DNA of 51,430 nt from positions 1 through 51,430 of the IMG/VR virus record IMGVR_UViG_3300046059_000057. One strand, 5' to 3'. The position numbers and the translations under genes were made by a program. Shown piece after piece: positions 45,234 to 51,430 of this stretch. The stretch is from a virus (taxonomy: Duplodnaviria; Caudoviricetes). Within the stretch, counting starts at the first letter, position 1. Each line of letters opens with the position of its first letter. The notes below the pieces were generated by a model that worked only from the letters and a program-made list of their open reading frames with translations, searched no databases and was not told the origin of the DNA.

Positions 45234-45973
45234 CCGAAGATACTCAAAACGTGATGCAGGCGTATCTTGAGGCTGAACACGGCGGGCCAGTAGATGAGTA
45301 TTTCGAACCGACAATCGGAGAGTTCCACGCCAGTACCACCGGTTCCTGCGTTCGTAGACTCTATTTCGACTTTATGGACCCAGAGCAGGCGCGTTCCGGC
45401 GCTTGGAAGCATTTCGAGTTAGGGAACCGTATGGAGAACGTTTTTGAAGACGCTCTCGTTGAGAGATACGGTCGGAAGTATATCGTTAATGTGGTGCCTA
45501 TAGAGATCGAAATCGACGACTTCAAGATCGTTGGTGAGACCGACCCGGTGGTTATCACCGACGACTTAAAACCAGACGTTCTTTGGGAGGTTAAATCGAC
45601 GACTAACCTCTCGTACGTACGGGATAAGCCGAAATGGACTCACGTCTGTCAATTACATTGTTACGCTTACGGGTTAGACTTGCTTAATCCGTCGGATAAC
45701 CGTAGGATTGTGTATATCGATAAGGGGTCGCTTGAAACCGTTGTTCACGATGTATCGTTCGAACAAGGTATTTGGGAGCATATCGTCGGGAAGTTAAGAA
45801 CCGTATACACAGCGCTTATGAACGAAGAGCCGCCAGAACCCGCCGAAGAAAAGCATCAAGACCACTTCTGTCCGCATAAGGATAAAGCGATATGTTGTAA
45901 GAACATCGACTTAGACGGCGAACAGGAAACCGTCGATGGAGACAACGATTCATCGGGTGGTTGGGGGCTGTAA
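45230..45973 (+). CDS. Cas4-like PD-(D/E)xK exonuclease (solo)
   Basis: C.RRLY, GETD, EVKS, QL..Y and a C-terminal Cys cluster. Confidence 0.8.
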   Translation: MTEDTQNVMQAYLEAEHGGPVDEYFEPTIGEFHASTTGSCVRRLYFDFMDPEQARSGAWKHFELGNRMENVFEDALVERYGRKYIVNVVPIEIEIDDFKIVGETDPVVITDDLKPDVLWEVKSTTNLSYVRDKPKWTHVCQLHCYAYGLDLLNPSDNRRIVYIDKGSLETVVHDVSFEQGIWEHIVGKLRTVYTALMNEEPPEPAEEKHQDHFCPHKDKAICCKNIDLDGEQETVDGDNDSSGGWGL

Positions 45974-45976
45974 CGT

Positions 45977-48900
45977 ATGAAAGACCCAACGGAAGTTGAC
46001 GTCGAGTTGCCGGAGTTCCTCGATATATCGTGGGGTTGGCAGGATAGCGAGGCTAAGTTGAAGTTACTCACGGAGTCTGACGGTGTTGTGTACCGTGATT
46101 TACCGTTCCGACCGTACTGTTATATGCGTAGGAGCGAAGTGACTGAGGAAACGTTGAAATCTATCCGTGAAATCGATGAAACGGCGGAGATCGTTGAGAC
46201 TTCGGACTACTATCAGGGCGACTTGTATCGTGTCCACGTATCTTATCCGACGTTGATTCGTGAGCTACGGGAAACCGTAGATATCGAGACCCTACAGTCG
46301 GATGTGCCGTACAGTCGGAGGGTACTCATAGACCTCGATGAATCGGTGTCCGAGCCCTCAAGAGTGCTATCCTTCGATTTGGAGGTAAAAGCCGATGAAG
46401 GGTTCCCTGACGTCGAAGAAGCCGAACAACCGATTTTAACGATCGCTGCCGTTGGCTCCGACGGTCAAGAGTATACGTTCGGAAGTGATAACGAACGGGA
46501 AACTATCAACCGGTTTCTCGACGTTGCAAAGGAGTACCGGGCGATTATGGGCTGGAACTCGATACGGTTCGATTTTCCGTATCTCGAGAACCGCTGCCGC
46601 CGGTTAGACGCCGAGGGTTCAGAGGTGGAATTGAACTTTGACCCGTTCAGCTTCGTTCATGTGGACGCTTTCCCGACGTACCGCCGGATTCTGATGAAAG
46701 GCGGTCAATCGTATGCGCTTGAAGACGTTGGTGTGTACGAGTTCGGTGATGAATTCGGTGGGTATCCAGAAGTCGATTATTCGGCTCTCGAAGAGCTGTT
46801 CCACGAAGACCGTGAACGGCTTATGGAATACAATCTGTCGGATGCTCGGGTCGTGAAGCGGTTGAACGATCGGTATCAATTCAAGAAGATAACGTTCGGT
46901 ATACTCGCTAAACGGGGTCATTGTCGGCCTTCTGATATATTTTTCGTCCACGGTTTCGAAGGCGGTTTCCACGGGTATCGTGAGGTTGATAAAGCGAGTA
47001 ACACGCTTATTGAAGGCATCGTTATGTCGTTGTCTAACGGTGACCACGGGCCGGAAGTCGTTTGGCCTAATCAGATACGTGACCATGAGGTAGAATTCGA
47101 GGGTGCAAAGGTTCTCGACCCGAAAGACGGCCTTCATTATAACGCGATTACCCTCGATTACGCGTCGATGTATCCGTCCATTATTGATGCTTTGAACATC
47201 GGTCCGGAGACGTATCGAGACGGTAATAAAGGCGAAATCAAAGGACCAACGGGTTCATTCGTTAAAGAACCGAAAAGCCGGTTCTCCGAGGCTTATCACG
47301 TGATGAAAGATGAACGGGATACGTATACAAACCTCAAGAAGTCGCTTCCCCGTAGTCATGACGAATATACGATCGTTGAGTCTTTAGACGCGGGGCTTAA
47401 AACGTACGTTAATTGCTTCGTACCGGAGACAACCGTTGTTACTCCAGATGGAATAAAGAAAATCGGAAATATAGAGGTCGGAGACGACGTTTATTCGATA
47501 AATCCGGAAACATATGAAACCGAAGTAAAACCGGTGGTAGATACGTATGAACGAAAGTATGAAGGTCCGATGTATCACATTAACAACGCTAACTACGAAC
47601 AAAAAGTAACACCGAACCATCGGTTCCTCGTTGATGAATACGACGGGGAGCTATCTGCACCCTCGTCGGATTTCAACGAAATTAAGGACATGGACGAACG
47701 GTATGTAATCCCTCGTAATAAACCCTTAACCGGTGATACACCGCCGGAGGTAGATTTAGCGGAGCTCGCGGATACCGGTGAAGTGCTATTGGAGTATACC
47801 GTTGATTATAGAACTGTAAACGCGGAATTCGATATTGACGGTGAACGTATGGCTTGGCACGAAACCGACGACCATACAGTTCGGTTGATAAGGATTTCGT
47901 TAGACGAATATTCGTCAAATAGAGTGGAAATAAATCGGCTTATTGAGTCCGAATACGTCGAAAGAACGTTTTATCGATATGCCGAAAAGCACACGAAACA
48001 ACCGCTGAAGATCGACTCCATCGAATTTCTGAAGGTCGTCGGTTGGTACGTTGCAGAAGGCGGTGAAAAGAATATCGACGGTTCGGCGGTAATATACCAA
48101 CAGGACCGGAATGATACGCTTAAAGAAGACCTCGATAACGCCGGTTTAGAGTATAAAGCGTACGATAAAGGTGTTCAAGTCCCCGGAGGTATAGGCGCTG
48201 TACTGTCGAAATACTTCGGGGATAAGTCAGAGAATAAACGGTTACCCGAGTTCTTATACGACTGGGACGGCGGTGACTTATATTGGTTATTCCACCGGTT
48301 GTGTCTCGGAGACGGTCGGATGACAGAACGCGGGAATCCGGCGAGTTATGTGACTAAAAGTACGGAACTACGAAAAGACGTTACGAGGCTCGCTGTTCAT
48401 GTAGGTACAATACCGAAGGATACGGCCCGAGATGTACGGTTCTTGAACGAACACAAGTCACGGTGTGATACGATAGACATGGAAAGAGACGTCGAAATTG
48501 AACAGTACGATGGAAAGGTACAATGCGTTACAGCGGAGGATAACCACACTATACTTGCGGGTTTGAACGGAAGGTGGGGTTGGACGGGACAAACGTTCTA
48601 CGGAGTCATAGGCAGCGGATATTCGAGGTTTTATTCTAAACCGGTGGCTGAAGCCATTACACTCATGGGTCAGAAACTCGTGGATAAACTCGCTGAACTT
48701 GCGGAGGAACGGGACTTGAAGGTTATCTACGGGGATACGGATTCCGTGATAATAGGACTCGGCGAAAACCCGGAGGAAGACCCCGTGAAACATGGCAAAC
48801 GCTTAGCCGACGAATTCACCGCTGAAATTAAGAATTGGGTGGAAGATGAGTTTAACGGGTTCCCAGACCGTATAGACGTCGGTTTAGACGAGGTCTATGA

Positions 48901-49420
48901 AACGTTCTATATCACGGATGTAAAGAAGCGCTATGCGGGAATATGCGTATGGGACGGTGCATCATGCTATGAGTACGATAGAACCGGATTTAAGTCAGTC
49001 CGCGGGGATACATCCGAAGCCGTGGCTAACTTCGTGGATGATTTACTCCGTGCTATACTCCTTGAAAACGACGTTTGGGACGTTGTTCAAAACTACCGCG
49101 AGAGGCTCTTTAACGGTGAATTAGACGATTCCTTGGTGAATGCGGTGAGCCTCCGGAAACCCGTGGAGGAATACGATAGCTGTCCGCCTCACGTTAGAGT
49201 AGCGCAGAACTGCGATGATAACATCCGTGTCGGCGACCAAGTACCGTACTTGAAGTACGGTTCAGACCCGAAAGACGTCGTTTATGCACCTGAAGGCCCG
49301 CCGGAAGAGTACCTTACAAATGCGACATACCGGTGGATGTGGAAAAAGCACTTCAAATCGTGTATGGACAACATGAACGTTTCTAAGCACGAGAAAACGG
49401 TACTGAGTGATTACGCATGA
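45977..49420 (+). CDS. polB: Family B DNA polymerase with intein
   Basis: SFDLEV, DYASMYPS, K...N/TFYG and YGDTDS motifs. Confidence 0.95.
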   Translation: MKDPTEVDVELPEFLDISWGWQDSEAKLKLLTESDGVVYRDLPFRPYCYMRRSEVTEETLKSIREIDETAEIVETSDYYQGDLYRVHVSYPTLIRELRETVDIETLQSDVPYSRRVLIDLDESVSEPSRVLSFDLEVKADEGFPDVEEAEQPILTIAAVGSDGQEYTFGSDNERETINRFLDVAKEYRAIMGWNSIRFDFPYLENRCRRLDAEGSEVELNFDPFSFVHVDAFPTYRRILMKGGQSYALEDVGVYEFGDEFGGYPEVDYSALEELFHEDRERLMEYNLSDARVVKRLNDRYQFKKITFGILAKRGHCRPSDIFFVHGFEGGFHGYREVDKASNTLIEGIVMSLSNGDHGPEVVWPNQIRDHEVEFEGAKVLDPKDGLHYNAITLDYASMYPSIIDALNIGPETYRDGNKGEIKGPTGSFVKEPKSRFSEAYHVMKDERDTYTNLKKSLPRSHDEYTIVESLDAGLKTYVNCFVPETTVVTPDGIKKIGNIEVGDDVYSINPETYETEVKPVVDTYERKYEGPMYHINNANYEQKVTPNHRFLVDEYDGELSAPSSDFNEIKDMDERYVIPRNKPLTGDTPPEVDLAELADTGEVLLEYTVDYRTVNAEFDIDGERMAWHETDDHTVRLIRISLDEYSSNRVEINRLIESEYVERTFYRYAEKHTKQPLKIDSIEFLKVVGWYVAEGGEKNIDGSAVIYQQDRNDTLKEDLDNAGLEYKAYDKGVQVPGGIGAVLSKYFGDKSENKRLPEFLYDWDGGDLYWLFHRLCLGDGRMTERGNPASYVTKSTELRKDVTRLAVHVGTIPKDTARDVRFLNEHKSRCDTIDMERDVEIEQYDGKVQCVTAEDNHTILAGLNGRWGWTGQTFYGVIGSGYSRFYSKPVAEAITLMGQKLVDKLAELAEERDLKVIYGDTDSVIIGLGENPEEDPVKHGKRLADEFTAEIKNWVEDEFNGFPDRIDVGLDEVYETFYITDVKKRYAGICVWDGASCYEYDRTGFKSVRGDTSEAVANFVDDLLRAILLENDVWDVVQNYRERLFNGELDDSLVNAVSLRKPVEEYDSCPPHVRVAQNCDDNIRVGDQVPYLKYGSDPKDVVYAPEGPPEEYLTNATYRWMWKKHFKSCMDNMNVSKHEKTVLSDYA
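47414..48592 (+). mobile_element. Intein with LAGLIDADG-type homing endonuclease in PolB (393 aa)
   Basis: Begins CFVPET after KTYVN; block B TPNHRF; GWYVAEG and LCLGDG; ends WTGQ before T-FYG. Confidence 0.9.
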
Positions 49421-49824
49421 CTGGCGATGAGAGTGCGGAGAACGGCGGAGGGTACAGGCGAACGAGGAGCGTTTCATACCCTCATGTAGCCGATCGGTCA
49501 GTCGACGATATGAGTCATCCGGAGGCGAGACTCGTTATAATCCGGAATGTCGGGCTTAACTTGTCCCCGTGGTCGCATTTCGGTAAAGCGGACTTAAATT
49601 CGATTTACCGATACTTGACCGGGGAATTTTATTTCCCGTTAGACGAGTATCATACCTCCGAATCTCCGACGAAAGGAGAAATAAGGCTTCACATCGCTGG
49701 CACCGCCGATTTATCGTATAACCCGGGTCCTAAGTTCAGTCGCCCGTTCAATTTACAGAATGTACGGAATCTCGCATACACCGTACGTGAAACCGACGAT
49801 CAACGTCCGGAGGTTAAATCATGA
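49417..49824 (+). CDS. Hypothetical protein
   Basis: 135 aa; ATGA coupling on both sides. Confidence 0.65.
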   Translation: MTGDESAENGGGYRRTRSVSYPHVADRSVDDMSHPEARLVIIRNVGLNLSPWSHFGKADLNSIYRYLTGEFYFPLDEYHTSESPTKGEIRLHIAGTADLSYNPGPKFSRPFNLQNVRNLAYTVRETDDQRPEVKS

Positions 49825-50468
49825 TAACGGTCGATATGCACGAGTATTCAAACCACGAGAAAGCCGTCGAAGAGGAGTTAGGCCATCGAGAAACCGAAGT
49901 AATCGAGTTACCTGCCGGCGATTTTGCGGTGGAAGGACAACGTGGGAAGGCGCTTATCGAAAGAAAAGAGTGGACGGATTTCGTCGGGGCTTACCGTTCA
50001 GGAACGTTGTTTAATCAGCTTCATCGGTGTCTCGAGCAGCCACACGATACCTACGTGCTTATCGAGGGCTCGAAGAAAGACCCGATTGAGTATTCGGGTG
50101 CACGTCGTCTTGAGCTACGTAGAATGTGGTCGTCTTTACACTTCAAGAGTCCGGTTCAGGTAATCGAAACAAATTCGTTTAGACAAACGCTGAAAGCCGT
50201 AGCAGACGCCGACGACTGGTTGGGTCAAGAACCCGATGAAACGAAGCATTCAGTTCGTCCAGCAGAGAAGATACCGTCGGAAGACCGGCCCCGGTTTATC
50301 GTAGAGGGACTGCCCAAGATCGGTGCTACCAACGCCGAACGGCTCTTGACGTACTTTGGTTCTGCGTACGCGGTTATGACCGCTTCCGTTGAAGAACTAC
50401 AAGAAGTCGACGGTATAGGGCCGAAACGCGCCGAAAGTATCGTTGAAGCGGTCAATCGAAAGCACTAA
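49821..50468 (+). CDS. ERCC4/XPF-family nuclease with tandem HhH motifs
   Basis: VD.HE, GDF and ERKxxxD motifs; LPKIG and VDGIGPKRA HhH. Confidence 0.88.
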   Translation: MITVDMHEYSNHEKAVEEELGHRETEVIELPAGDFAVEGQRGKALIERKEWTDFVGAYRSGTLFNQLHRCLEQPHDTYVLIEGSKKDPIEYSGARRLELRRMWSSLHFKSPVQVIETNSFRQTLKAVADADDWLGQEPDETKHSVRPAEKIPSEDRPRFIVEGLPKIGATNAERLLTYFGSAYAVMTASVEELQEVDGIGPKRAESIVEAVNRKH

Positions 50469-51430
50469 GCTAATTGTTACGATTAACCGATGGATGGAAA
50501 CGTTAAACTTTCGTAAGTTTAAGCTCTGTACCGTCGGGGGTAATGGATTCCGGTGGTTCTAAGAGCCGGTGTTCTATCTACGGTTTTCCGGTTGTTCTTA
50601 TATGACGGTTAACACCGTGTATCGCGAATCCGGTGGTTCAGAGGTTCTACGTTCCGCTTTATTGAAACTGGCATTCGGTTGTTATACCGTAATTCCCCGG
50701 TACCTACGTCGTTGTAGCTTTGCACCGTCGGTTTAACCGGAGTCTATTTGTTCGCCTCCGACCCTCACCCTTCACGTAGCTAAAACTCCAATCCCGGCCG
50801 TTCCTAATCCGACGTTTCAGAGGCATCGGTTTTGCGTAGATACAACGTTTGAGTCATGTAATTCCGGAGAACCGTTGCAGCGTGACGGTAGCATGAAGTC
50901 TATCGGTGCTTTAGCTCCCGACGGTAGTACTCGTATACCCACGGAATACAAAATCGTTGATACTTTCGTGAACGCGTCGGATTAGAGATACGTCGGTAGA
51001 GATTAAGTACCGTCGGTTTATAGTACGACGTCGGTGATTAGTTATTTACGACTTACCGCATACGTAATACCGAAGTAAATACGTCTAAAGACGTATTATA
51101 AATACGGTCGTTGATTACTCAAAAATACGGGTAATCGCATACGAAAAATCGAAACAATTTTCAGTTTAAACGTATTATAGAACCGGTTTCATTTATACCA
51201 ACGCTACGAAAAACCGCCGAAGGTTCATTCTGCCTATCTACGATTAGTCGGTACCGGTGAACCGGTCAGTTCAAATCGTTTCTATCGTCGGTCTTTCGGT
51301 TTTCGATGGTACAAGCGTTCTTAGTACGGGTTTTCAAGCTAGTAGTTTGGGTCTAATTACGGTAGAGCGGTTAAACCGACGGTTGATCGCATACGATACT
51401 TCGAAACGTAGATTTCTGTTAATCGTAGGT

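Noticed and set aside
45230-45973. CRISPR-Cas system
   Set aside because: Solo Cas4-like nuclease in a replication operon; no cas1/cas2 or array
1-51430. Integrated provirus
   Set aside because: No integrase, att-like tRNA fragment or host housekeeping genes recognised

Overview
Near-complete genome of a tailed dsDNA virus of halophilic archaea (siphovirus-like), judged from the acidic proteome, archaeal promoters and HK97-type head module. It has three blocks. (1) 1-11.1 kb, + strand: early/accessory region of small genes and many CxxC microproteins. (2) 11.3-38.7 kb, - strand: tail, head and packaging genes, an unannotated 57-aa histone-fold gene, an SF2 helicase-like gene and a primase-polymerase. 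(3) 39-50.5 kb, + strand: SSB-like protein, a nucleotide-metabolism/possible base-modification cluster, Cas4-like nuclease, intein-containing PolB and an ERCC4 nuclease. The most striking feature is eight intergenic type III hammerhead ribozymes punctuating the early region. All are sense-oriented, each lies after a stop codon, and seven of the eight end a few nt before the next start codon. Four tRNA-like mini-elements (acceptor stem plus T-arm) and several other structured intergenic RNAs accompany them. Together these suggest an RNA-based system that cuts a polycistronic early transcript into gene cassettes. All family calls come from reading motifs by eye; no database search was run.
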